From a virus (taxonomy: Duplodnaviria > Caudoviricetes), in IMG/VR virus record IMGVR_UViG_3300005613_000136, positions 1-42,233 of that record: 42,233 nucleotides of DNA, one strand, 5' to 3'. This document shows, in pieces, positions 18,091 to 26,811 of this stretch. A program made the translations under genes and the position numbers. Under the pieces are notes generated by a model. The model made no database searches. It was given only the letters and a program-made list of their open reading frames with translations, and was not told the origin of the DNA. The stretch's first letter is position 1; every line of letters starts with the position of its first letter.

Positions 18091-19254
18091 ATGGACAATC
18101 CCGGAATTTCAAAATATAGCCTCGTATCTACGTTAAACTCAACAACGGATACACTTGCTGGAGACGCAACATTCACTGGAACAGGTGAGCAAAATGATTA
18201 TCCACATGTAGGTGTGATGACGAAATCAGACGTTGCTGGAACGCTATACTTTGATTTCTCTAATAATGGGACTGACTGGGATAGCACTTACCCAGTAAAT
18301 GGATTTCAGTGTGCAGCAGGTGTCTCAGAATTCCATACAGCCGTGAAACTTGGGCGTTACTTCCGTGTGAGATATGTGAACGACTCTTCTGTGCAGAGCT
18401 CTTTTCGTCTCTCGACGTATTATGGAACAAGCTTTGTTCCATCAGTGGCACCGTTGAACCAGACAGCAGGATTGGATCAAGACGCAATCTTTACTCGTGG
18501 CTCTATTGCTCAGGATGAGATCCGTATTGGACGACGTAGTGGTGTAGCAGGATGGACAAAATTCGGCTTCCGATCAGGTCTGACTGCCTCTGCTGGAGAA
18601 GAGATGGTGTGGGAAACAACAGGAAACTTCACTCCACTGACTTCCGCAGAGACATTTGATATTGCTTATGACGGAACAGCGGGAGGTTCTACAGATGGAG
18701 CAGGTACAGTAGGAGCTACTGAGCTCACATTCTTCTACATCGACTCTAATGGACTGCCGGCAACAGCCACCCATACTCTAGGAACTGACGGAACTGATAC
18801 AACGGCTTTCAGTGGTTTGGGCATCAACCGTATTGCAGTTTCAGCATCAGGCTCAAATCAGGCTAATAGTGCGGCCATTACGGTCACTGCAACAACGGCT
18901 GGTACTAAACAAGCAATTGTCCCCGCTGGAGAAAGTGTTACTCAGCAAGCCCTATTCTTCGTTGGAAGTAATCATGACGCTGTAGCAAAATTCCTTTATC
19001 TGCATGTGAATAAACCGAGTGGAGGTGATGCAAAGGTAGCAATCAAAGGGATCGCCTATAACCGACAAGTAGACACCTACTATGAAGTTTTCCGTACTAC
19101 ACTAGATACCTCCGTAGAAATTACAGAAGTTATCAATGAACCTATTGGATTTAATTTGTCGCCTACAGATGTACTCTATTTCACAGCAGATACCGACACC
19201 AACAATGCTGAAGTCGTTATTCGCTTCAGTCTTAACGAATACCAACGATCATAG
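18091..19254 (+). CDS. Putative virion structural protein
   Basis: FTGTGE...FSNNGTDWD...RYFRVRYVN beta-sandwich pattern seen in phage virion proteins. Confidence 0.7.
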   Translation: MDNPGISKYSLVSTLNSTTDTLAGDATFTGTGEQNDYPHVGVMTKSDVAGTLYFDFSNNGTDWDSTYPVNGFQCAAGVSEFHTAVKLGRYFRVRYVNDSSVQSSFRLSTYYGTSFVPSVAPLNQTAGLDQDAIFTRGSIAQDEIRIGRRSGVAGWTKFGFRSGLTASAGEEMVWETTGNFTPLTSAETFDIAYDGTAGGSTDGAGTVGATELTFFYIDSNGLPATATHTLGTDGTDTTAFSGLGINRIAVSASGSNQANSAAITVTATTAGTKQAIVPAGESVTQQALFFVGSNHDAVAKFLYLHVNKPSGGDAKVAIKGIAYNRQVDTYYEVFRTTLDTSVEITEVINEPIGFNLSPTDVLYFTADTDTNNAEVVIRFSLNEYQRS

Positions 19255-19260
19255 CTTTAT

Positions 19261-19533
19261 ATGGAGGTAATAACTTCATCAACTTTAATACCGATAGGGG
19301 CAATAGTGAGTATGGGCGCTGTACTTATTGGCTTTGTGAAGTGGTTAACAACCATTCAAAACATGGCCAAACAAAATAAAATCGACATCCATGAGCTTAA
19401 GAAGACTGAGATCCCGGAGATTCAGAAGAAGTTGGATGATATGCACGAGAAGCAGAATAATGCGGCGACCTCTATTGCAAAGATTGAAGGGCAATTAGAT
19501 TTCCTAGTCGATCATGCAAAGAAGCATCAATAA
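19261..19533 (+). CDS. Membrane-anchored coiled-coil protein (holin-associated)
   Basis: N-terminal TM segment plus coiled coil; upstream of the endolysin. Confidence 0.6.
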   Translation: MEVITSSTLIPIGAIVSMGAVLIGFVKWLTTIQNMAKQNKIDIHELKKTEIPEIQKKLDDMHEKQNNAATSIAKIEGQLDFLVDHAKKHQ

Positions 19534-19534
19534 T

Positions 19535-19750
19535 ATGCGTTGGATGTATATCGCTATTCTGGTGTTGATGGTCTCATCGCTGTCTTTCTTCGGAAGAACT
19601 GTGAAAGGCAATGGAGACAGCATGATCTACCACACCCCTAATTGTAAGTATTACAGTGCAGTGGTTATAGGTAATCATTACAAAGACAGATTATTTTGGA
19701 CAGAGACAGGAGCTCGTAAGTACGGATTTCGAAAAGCTAAAAATTGCTAG
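19535..19750 (+). CDS. Exported small protein with Ada metal-binding-like domain
   Basis: Signal/TM segment then VKGN..SMIYHTPNC.YY...FWTE..A...GFRKA; start moved to MRWMY. Confidence 0.65.
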   Translation: MRWMYIAILVLMVSSLSFFGRTVKGNGDSMIYHTPNCKYYSAVVIGNHYKDRLFWTETGARKYGFRKAKNC

Positions 19751-19752
19751 AT

Positions 19753-20445
19753 ATGAAAATCCTCGGCGAAAAACTCAATCAAGATCAGTTTCGAAACTAT
19801 GTCGAAACATATGAGTTTGGTTCAATCCCTCCAACCTCTCTTGTGATTCATCACACTTGGTCTCCTAAGAAGAAAGATTGGAGTGGAAAGACTACCTTGA
19901 TGGGAATCAAGAACTATTACGAAGGTAAGGGATGGAAGTCTGGCCCGCACTTGTTTATCGCTGAAGATGGAATCTGGTTATTCACTCCAATGTACGACGT
20001 TGGAACACACGCAGGAGATGGTAACGCAACGTACAAATGGGGGCGACTAAAGGAGTACTCGATCGGAATAGAAGTTGTTGGAGACTACGATACGGAGTTA
20101 TGGAGTGGAAAGACTAAGAGTAATGCGCTCGCTGCAATTCGTGTCTTGATGGATAAGCTGAATATCAATACGGAGAACGTGAACTTTCATAGAGACTTCT
20201 CAAGCAAGTCATGTCCTGGCCACGCGATCACAAAAGACTGGCTCTTCAAGGAACTGGCGAAGCGTGATGTTCAGGGAAAGCGTATCGAGCAGAATCTCTC
20301 AATGGTCTCAGACTGGGCGCGTGATGCCTTCCAGTGGCAGATCGAGCACGACCTTGATAGGCACGTACACCCACATGAAAAGGTTACAGCGGAATGGGTA
20401 TTTACCATGATTAAAAAATATCACGATAAATTTAACCAAACGTAA
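19753..20445 (+). CDS. Endolysin, N-acetylmuramoyl-L-alanine amidase (Amidase_2)
   Basis: VIHHT, HLFI, H-A-G, SIGIEVVG, FHRDF..KSCPG motifs; start moved to 19753. Confidence 0.93.
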   Translation: MKILGEKLNQDQFRNYVETYEFGSIPPTSLVIHHTWSPKKKDWSGKTTLMGIKNYYEGKGWKSGPHLFIAEDGIWLFTPMYDVGTHAGDGNATYKWGRLKEYSIGIEVVGDYDTELWSGKTKSNALAAIRVLMDKLNINTENVNFHRDFSSKSCPGHAITKDWLFKELAKRDVQGKRIEQNLSMVSDWARDAFQWQIEHDLDRHVHPHEKVTAEWVFTMIKKYHDKFNQT

Positions 20446-20446
20446 T

Positions 20447-20620
20447 ATGCCAAAACTACACGTCTTGTTCACACGCGTTTTAGATGGTGAGTTGAATGCT
20501 CAGAGAACTGAAGATGAGCTCAACCGTGTTCTCTCTGATATGGAGGGGGAGGTGCTCAGTGTCCAAGTTGAGGAACTGCAAGCACAGAAAGAATATAAGC
20601 TATACGTTTTAACTAAATGA
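20447..20620 (+). CDS. Hypothetical protein, 57 aa
   Basis: Hand-translated MPKLHVLFTRVLDG...; stop-t-ATG coupling on both sides. Confidence 0.7.
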   Translation: MPKLHVLFTRVLDGELNAQRTEDELNRVLSDMEGEVLSVQVEELQAQKEYKLYVLTK

Positions 20621-20621
20621 T

Positions 20622-20765
20622 ATGCCAGCTAAATCCGAAAAACAGCGCAAGTTCTTTGGAGCAGAGCTCGGCCGCAAACTCGCAGGGAAGAAGTTGCGAA
20701 CGGCTCTAAGCCTAGATGAGCTACGCAAGATGACTCGTAAACGTAAAAAACGTAAGAAGAAATAA
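20622..20765 (+). CDS. Highly basic 47-aa protein (DUF3008-like N-terminus)
   Basis: Hand-translated MPAKSEKQRKFFGAELGRKLAGKK...TRKRKKRKKK; coupled on both sides. Confidence 0.7.
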   Translation: MPAKSEKQRKFFGAELGRKLAGKKLRTALSLDELRKMTRKRKKRKKK

Positions 20766-20766
20766 T

Positions 20767-20967
20767 ATGATGAATCACTATTCCGTGACATATGCTGGTC
20801 GCATCGTCGGTTTCCTCATGGCTCTGTCCCTCATGATGGGATGGGATCTGGATGAAGGGTATCTCACAGAAGTCGTAACTGCTGTTCTATGGCTTTCTGG
20901 AGAGGCACTTACTCTATACGGACGATATCGCAAAGGCGATTTGCACTGGTGGGGGGCTCGTAAATAG
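20767..20967 (+). CDS. Holin-like protein (2 TM)
   Basis: Two hydrophobic segments, YGRYRKG basic tail, near the endolysin. Confidence 0.7.
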   Translation: MMNHYSVTYAGRIVGFLMALSLMMGWDLDEGYLTEVVTAVLWLSGEALTLYGRYRKGDLHWWGARK

Positions 20968-20989
20968 CTAATTCATAATAGAAAAACGC

Positions 20990-21103
20990 ATGTTTTACTT
21001 CGACGACGAACCAGCTCCTGTAGCTGAGGAAGCAGCAGAAGAGGAGGCTTCAGAGGAGGTCGATGCTTCTGAAGAAGCTTCTGCTGAAGAGTCCGCTGAA
21101 TAA
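20990..21103 (+). CDS. Highly acidic 37-aa peptide
   Basis: Hand-translated MFYFDDEPAPVAEEAAEEEASEEVDASEEASAEESAE. Confidence 0.55.
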   Translation: MFYFDDEPAPVAEEAAEEEASEEVDASEEASAEESAE

Positions 21104-21108
21104 GAGAC

Positions 21109-21201
21109 AGCCGAGGAAACTCGGCTTCTCTCCCCCCGTTTTTACGGGGAAGGGATGTTCGCTTGAACACCGCCCGGCTCGATAGAGTCGGGGGGAGAGA
21201 A
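21109..21201 (+). ncRNA. Intergenic multibranch RNA structure
   Basis: GCCGAG-GAAA-CTCGGC, then TTCTCTCCCC/GGGGAGAGAA enclosing three hairpins. Confidence 0.5.
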
Positions 21202-21214
21202 TAAAATCTTCTTT

Positions 21215-22684
21215 ATGACAGCACAAGTTCTACAAACACCAGAGATCATTGCTATTGAAGGATCTACTATCCGAGTTCGTCACCCGGATATTTCTGGTTA
21301 CACACGTACAACAATGATCGACTCGCTAACCGCAGCGGGCACATCTTTGTCAGTGCGCGACAACAATAACTTCGAAGACAACGACTGGTTCATCTTTGGG
21401 GAGATTGGTAATGCCAAGAGTGAGGAATGTGATGTGAATGGTGCGGTGACACGTGGTTCAGCACTTACCATTACAAACTCAACTAAGTTCGATCACGAGC
21501 TAGACACTCCCGTGACTCGTATCTTTGAACGCGCGTTCAAGATCTATGGAGCAGCGACAGATGGTGGTGCAGGAACACTCTTAGAATCAGTTGATGCAAA
21601 GACTGCAAGCACAAACCAGCTTGCTGATTCCATCATGGTTCAGTGGGATCGCATGTATTCAGAGTGGACATTCCAGACCACAGATACAGCATATGCGTTC
21701 TACTACGTCACGTTCTTTGATGGCACAACTGAAAGTCCAGCGTCAGATTACGTGGCTTCAACGGGTCTCGCCTTTAACGCGGCTTACTCACTCGCTCAAA
21801 AAGGTCTCAACCTCGCACGTGCTGAGGTAGATAACGAACTCATTACATGGCAGTTCTTGAGCGATACGATTGATGACTTCCAAAAACAAGTCACAGACTA
21901 CGTGAAGGCTGATGGTCAGATCAAAGATTGGCCGTTCGAAGAGATCGAAGATAAGACATCTCTTGTCACAGCACAAAACCAAGACTCATACGCATTATCT
22001 GGTCTGTCTTCCACGCTCAAATACCCAGATACCTTCCAAGGAATTATCCATGTGAAGCTCGGTGCTGAGGAGCTCAGATATGCAGACCTCGACAAATATC
22101 AGTACATGACTGAAGGTCAGGTGCGAACTGAGGTGGATACACAAGCAGCCATCGGTGCAACCTCGATCATCCTTGATGATGTCTCAGAGTTCGGAGATAG
22201 TGGGTCATTTTACATCAGCACTCAGACTGGCTTGGTGACTTACACAGCGCGAGATACAAGCACGAATACACTCAGTGGGATTCCTACGGCTGGAAATGGA
22301 TCGCTGACCTCGATTGCAACCGTAGACGCAATTGTGTGGCAAGGAGTAGTACCAAGTAAACCGACTCGCTACACAATCTTCAATGACAACATCTTGTTAA
22401 CAGCTCCCCCAGACGCAAATACGGCTGGAAAGCGTATCAAGATCAAGTACTTCAAGGAGTTAGATCGGATCACAGCACTGTCACAGACATTACCGATTCC
22501 ATTCGTACACATCTCCAAGTACTTCATCGCTGCTCAGATTGAATATCGAAAGAAGAACAGTCAGAACGGAGATCGTTACCTTGCCATCTTCAACAGAGAG
22601 CTAGACAAAGCAGCCAAGAAGTATCAAGAGCATCTCAAAGAATCTTCCGAGTACTACACATTTACCACCAACCTTAACCCATAA
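21215..22684 (+). CDS. Head-to-tail adaptor with inserted beta domains
   Basis: DWPF motif, KPTRYTIFNDNILL.APPD...IKIKY and C-terminal helices typical of adaptors. Confidence 0.65.
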   Translation: MTAQVLQTPEIIAIEGSTIRVRHPDISGYTRTTMIDSLTAAGTSLSVRDNNNFEDNDWFIFGEIGNAKSEECDVNGAVTRGSALTITNSTKFDHELDTPVTRIFERAFKIYGAATDGGAGTLLESVDAKTASTNQLADSIMVQWDRMYSEWTFQTTDTAYAFYYVTFFDGTTESPASDYVASTGLAFNAAYSLAQKGLNLARAEVDNELITWQFLSDTIDDFQKQVTDYVKADGQIKDWPFEEIEDKTSLVTAQNQDSYALSGLSSTLKYPDTFQGIIHVKLGAEELRYADLDKYQYMTEGQVRTEVDTQAAIGATSIILDDVSEFGDSGSFYISTQTGLVTYTARDTSTNTLSGIPTAGNGSLTSIATVDAIVWQGVVPSKPTRYTIFNDNILLTAPPDANTAGKRIKIKYFKELDRITALSQTLPIPFVHISKYFIAAQIEYRKKNSQNGDRYLAIFNRELDKAAKKYQEHLKESSEYYTFTTNLNP

Positions 22685-22686
22685 GT

Positions 22687-24186
22687 ATGCCAGCATTTGA
22701 CTTCCTACAATTTACAGAGGGTGCCTACTCCGATGTTGCCATCCACCTTGTACCTACTGGCCAGCGTGGAAGTGGTGCAGGAGGGGCGTTGTGGTCAATG
22801 TCAAATGTAACTACTTCTTATAAGTTAGGGACAATTCTAAAGCGGCCAGGTTACGAACAGATCGGGGATGCGCTTCAGGCAAACAAAGCCATCACAGGAA
22901 TGCACAACTTTAGGCAGAGTGCTTCTGTTCAAAAGATGCTTGCTACCGTGAACGACTCAACCGATGATGATACTCAGCTCTTCTACAGTACCGGTGGTGC
23001 TTGGACAGAGATTGGTCAGGCTGAAACAGACTGGGCAAACAAGGCGAACATCAATATCGAATTCGCTGACATGGCTGATTACTGCTACATGGTCGGATGG
23101 GGATCAACAGATGGGTTTGTAACACCAGCTTCACTGACTGGGACAACATTCTCAACATCAACAAATGTCACATCCATGCCGAATGCGAAGTACATTCGCC
23201 GGTATCGTGATCGTATCTACATTGGAAACACAGATATTGGAGGAACTGCCACACCTTTCCGTGTGTATTACTCAACAATTCCTGTGTCCGGTGCAATCAC
23301 ATGGGAGACTGATATCAACTTCTTTGATGTCGATTATTCAGAAGAGATTACTGGATTGGGTGAGAACTGGGATCGACTCATGGTATTCACTGAATACTCA
23401 GCCTATATGGTCACTGGGGTGAATCCACTTGTACGAAAGAAGGTGTGGGATGTTGGGTGTTCAAACCACAGAACTATCAAGAACAGCGGGCAATACATGA
23501 TCTGGGCCAACCGAGACGGTGTTTGGCTATCTCAAGGTGGAAGCTTCCCAAAGAACGTAGCCGGGCGTGTACTAGACTTCGTTCGTTTTGCAGATCCAAC
23601 CACATTCTTCGCTGAAGTAGTTGATGAGCAATATCACTTGTACGTTGATGCTGTCACAGTAAACGGTATTAGCTACACAAACTGCTCAATCGTTTTGGAT
23701 ATTCCTACACTTACATGGCACATCCATGAGTATGCGGATGACTTTGAAATGATGGCAAAGTTCTACAGCTCGGGTGAGGATCAGCTCTGGCTCGGAACAG
23801 ATGACGGAGAGGTCATGCGTCTTGGTAAGTACACTGACAGTACACTTCTCACTGACGATGATGGTTCAAAGATTGATTCTTCATTCCAGACAGCAGCAAT
23901 GGATTTCGGAGCACCAAGCTCGGAAAAGATTTGGAATAAGATCTTCGCCTATGCAGATCGTGCAATGGGCCTCAAACTTAAAGCTCGTGTTGTAGACGCT
24001 AATAATCAGGGTGTCTCTCAATGGCGAGCCTTGGGTGAGTTGTCCAAATATGTAAACGAGTTCCAGGTTCTTACAGAGCCAGGTCACTTCCTTCAACTAC
24101 AAGGTGTAGAGAGTGGGTCTAATAAATACTGGTCATTCTACGGATTCACAGTTGATGCTGATGTAGACGTTCCACAGTCTAAATAA
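22687..24186 (+). CDS. Tail hub / DNA stabilisation protein (P22 gp10-like beta-propeller)
   Basis: G.ILKRPG, YRDRIY, ITGLG..DRLMVF, VGC.NHRTI motifs; follows the adaptor. Confidence 0.75.
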   Translation: MPAFDFLQFTEGAYSDVAIHLVPTGQRGSGAGGALWSMSNVTTSYKLGTILKRPGYEQIGDALQANKAITGMHNFRQSASVQKMLATVNDSTDDDTQLFYSTGGAWTEIGQAETDWANKANINIEFADMADYCYMVGWGSTDGFVTPASLTGTTFSTSTNVTSMPNAKYIRRYRDRIYIGNTDIGGTATPFRVYYSTIPVSGAITWETDINFFDVDYSEEITGLGENWDRLMVFTEYSAYMVTGVNPLVRKKVWDVGCSNHRTIKNSGQYMIWANRDGVWLSQGGSFPKNVAGRVLDFVRFADPTTFFAEVVDEQYHLYVDAVTVNGISYTNCSIVLDIPTLTWHIHEYADDFEMMAKFYSSGEDQLWLGTDDGEVMRLGKYTDSTLLTDDDGSKIDSSFQTAAMDFGAPSSEKIWNKIFAYADRAMGLKLKARVVDANNQGVSQWRALGELSKYVNEFQVLTEPGHFLQLQGVESGSNKYWSFYGFTVDADVDVPQSK

Positions 24187-24188
24187 TT

Positions 24189-25079
24189 ATGCCAAAAGTA
24201 ACTGCATTCGGTAGCTCATTTGCTTCTCAGGGAGTTGAGAAGCTGGGTTTCGATTCGTCTCACCGAAGAGATACCATCTTGTTTCCGGAGCAGATTATTG
24301 ATCCACAGAGCCAGCTAACAGACCTAGGATTGTTTCAGGAGAAGATCGAGAGCGTGAACTTGCGCGAAGACTCTACTATCAACGGGTCTAAAGCTTCTGA
24401 TGTGCAACGTCGAGCAGAGGCTATCTTCGTTGATGACTTGGTTTACATCGGTACTCCTTATGATTCTGACACAGCACTAACATCACCACCGATGACGGTT
24501 GGTGGTGTAGGTGGTTCGATTACACGCAACGTAACGAACTCTCAGGTTCAGACGGGGAACGTATCTAACTGGCGATACTTATACTCAGGGATTCTTGCTC
24601 AGACGATTGATGACGGAACAGTGCAGTGGCAAGACAGAGATATCGAGTTCTACTGCACGGCAGAGTTTTCAGATACAACCAACCAAGATGCGTTCATTGG
24701 TATGTTTGCACGAACCTTGATTCCACCAGGACTTAACTCGACTGACACGGATCGTCATATCGGGTTTTACTTCCAAGATGATGAGGTATACGCATCGAAC
24801 GCAGATGGAACAACACAAACAAAATCAGCCGATCTTACCGGTAAGATTCGTAATTCTGAAGGAGATCCAAAGCTCATCACAGACATGAATGTGTATTGGT
24901 TTAAATCGTTTGCCACGGAGAGAATTGAGTTTTATATAAACAACGACTTGGTTTACGAGAGTTTCACAAATCTCCCATTAACACAGGATGGAATTGCGTT
25001 CATTGGTATCGCAGATACCGGTTCATCAAGAACGATGGACATCAAGAACAACTACTCATGGATTCTAAAGAAGACCTAG
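24189..25079 (+). CDS. Putative tail needle/fibre protein
   Basis: Follows the tail hub; beta-rich C-terminal domain (IEFYINN). Confidence 0.55.
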   Translation: MPKVTAFGSSFASQGVEKLGFDSSHRRDTILFPEQIIDPQSQLTDLGLFQEKIESVNLREDSTINGSKASDVQRRAEAIFVDDLVYIGTPYDSDTALTSPPMTVGGVGGSITRNVTNSQVQTGNVSNWRYLYSGILAQTIDDGTVQWQDRDIEFYCTAEFSDTTNQDAFIGMFARTLIPPGLNSTDTDRHIGFYFQDDEVYASNADGTTQTKSADLTGKIRNSEGDPKLITDMNVYWFKSFATERIEFYINNDLVYESFTNLPLTQDGIAFIGIADTGSSRTMDIKNNYSWILKKT

Positions 25080-25080
25080 T

Positions 25081-25326
25081 ATGTCTACAAAACAATGCAA
25101 ATTAGAAAACGGTGCGCTGTTTTATGCCGATGAGGATGATCCAAGAGTTCAAAAATATGAACAGGGGTACGATCTGTACCAAGATGATAAAGGAGAAGTG
25201 AAGTCACGGAATGAAAAAAGCCGCAAAAACATAGTGGATTTAAAAGTAAAAGTATTAAACAAAACCGCTACGACAGAGGATCTCACTAACATGGTGGAGT
25301 ATCTTATCGAGAAGGTGGATAGATAA
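25081..25326 (+). CDS. Hypothetical protein
   Basis: TAGtATG coupling. Confidence 0.75.
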   Translation: MSTKQCKLENGALFYADEDDPRVQKYEQGYDLYQDDKGEVKSRNEKSRKNIVDLKVKVLNKTATTEDLTNMVEYLIEKVDR

Positions 25327-25335
25327 TGCTATAAT
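25327..25335 (+). promoter_or_regulatory. Extended -10 promoter for the ejection-protein genes
   Basis: TGcTATAAT, 8 nt before the ATG at 25344. Confidence 0.6.
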
Positions 25336-25343
25336 AGGTATAT

Positions 25344-26810
25344 ATGGCACAACTAAACTTGGCGAAAAAACTAAAAAACCTCGGTGCTACCTTTCTTGTT
25401 GATAAAACAAGCGGAGATGTATTTGTAACTCTCCCAGGAAAGTTCGGTAGAGCAAAGTCAACGTCACGACTTCGCCAAGAAACTGAGAGTAGTTTGAAGA
25501 ATTCCGGTCTATCTAACCTGATTAAGAAGGGGGAGTTCAAAACACAAGAACAAATCCTTGGTGCTGGAGGTGCAGCTCGGGCCATTTCACACCCAAGTGG
25601 GGATGTGGACTCATTAGATATTCTGGGACAGGTTGTAGATGACGTCTTCCAGAATGTGGAGCAGGCACTTAAAGCACAACCTTCCGGAACAATCGCCATC
25701 GGAAATGAGAACATCTCACGATCGGATGCACAAAAGCTCATTGGTAAGACAGTAGACTTCTCACAAGCTGCTCAGGACGCACAGGCTGCCGCAGGAGAGG
25801 CCGCAGCAGCATCTCTGGATGCAAGCTTGGCTGAGCAAGATGGGGTCATTACAGAGCCTTCTGTGACGTCTGAGACTTTTTCATTAGATATCTTCCCAGA
25901 CCCTACATTGGCACAGACTGTGCAGGAAACGTCCGCTGATCTGATCGCAAACCCAGAGTTTGTTAACGCAGCATTCCAAGCATTTCATGGACGTGATGCC
26001 AACCAAGCAGAGCTAGATGAGTTTGTGGGACGTAACACGGGAGAGATTCGGGGAATTATTAGAGCAGGTTCACCTGTATCACAGGCACAAGTTCAGCCTG
26101 GAACCGGAGTTGAACAGCAATTTACCCCTGAACAATTGGCTGCCGCAGACGCACTGGCTGAAGCTGCCGCTAACTCAGACCTAATCTATAAGCCACAGGT
26201 TTCTCCGGAAGATATTGATGAGTTTGTTTCTACTGGAATTGAACGCGCAACAGAAGAGCTAGATCCCTTCTTCTCTGAGCAGATCGGACGAGGGCGAGAC
26301 GCCTTCATCCAGAGTATCGGATTTGAAACACAGGCTCGTCAGCGAGAACTTGAAGCGCAAGAACTGCGTGAACAGAAGGAATTACGCGCTGCTCGTGGAT
26401 CTCTTGAGGAACGTGGAGCGACATTCAGTGGCGAAGCAGCGGAACTCTTGGGTGAGGAAAGTGCATTACCAACACGTTTCCAGACAGTATTAGAAGGGCT
26501 ACTTCCGAAGCAGCAAGGACTTATCGCCTCAGCAGCACAGCAACGGTTTGCTGAAAGGATTGCTGGTAAAACTCAAACAGCAGAAGAACTCCTAGGAACA
26601 CAAGCAGTCCAAGATATTACAGGTGATATTACCAACCCAGTAACTCAGGGATTGTTTCAGACACTCGGAACACCAACACCAGGTTCGATCGCGCGAGCAA
26701 GAGAAACGGCAATTCAGACACGAGGACGAGAACTAGCAGGAGCGGATGTGGTGAGTGAAGTTGCAACAAGCGAAGAATTTCCACAAGAACAATTAACGCA
26801 ATTTATCTAA
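25344..26810 (+). CDS. Probable DNA ejection (internal virion) protein
   Basis: Ala/Gln/Glu-rich helical protein in the podovirus ejection-gene position. Confidence 0.6.
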   Translation: MAQLNLAKKLKNLGATFLVDKTSGDVFVTLPGKFGRAKSTSRLRQETESSLKNSGLSNLIKKGEFKTQEQILGAGGAARAISHPSGDVDSLDILGQVVDDVFQNVEQALKAQPSGTIAIGNENISRSDAQKLIGKTVDFSQAAQDAQAAAGEAAAASLDASLAEQDGVITEPSVTSETFSLDIFPDPTLAQTVQETSADLIANPEFVNAAFQAFHGRDANQAELDEFVGRNTGEIRGIIRAGSPVSQAQVQPGTGVEQQFTPEQLAAADALAEAAANSDLIYKPQVSPEDIDEFVSTGIERATEELDPFFSEQIGRGRDAFIQSIGFETQARQRELEAQELREQKELRAARGSLEERGATFSGEAAELLGEESALPTRFQTVLEGLLPKQQGLIASAAQQRFAERIAGKTQTAEELLGTQAVQDITGDITNPVTQGLFQTLGTPTPGSIARARETAIQTRGRELAGADVVSEVATSEEFPQEQLTQFI

Positions 26811-26811
26811 T

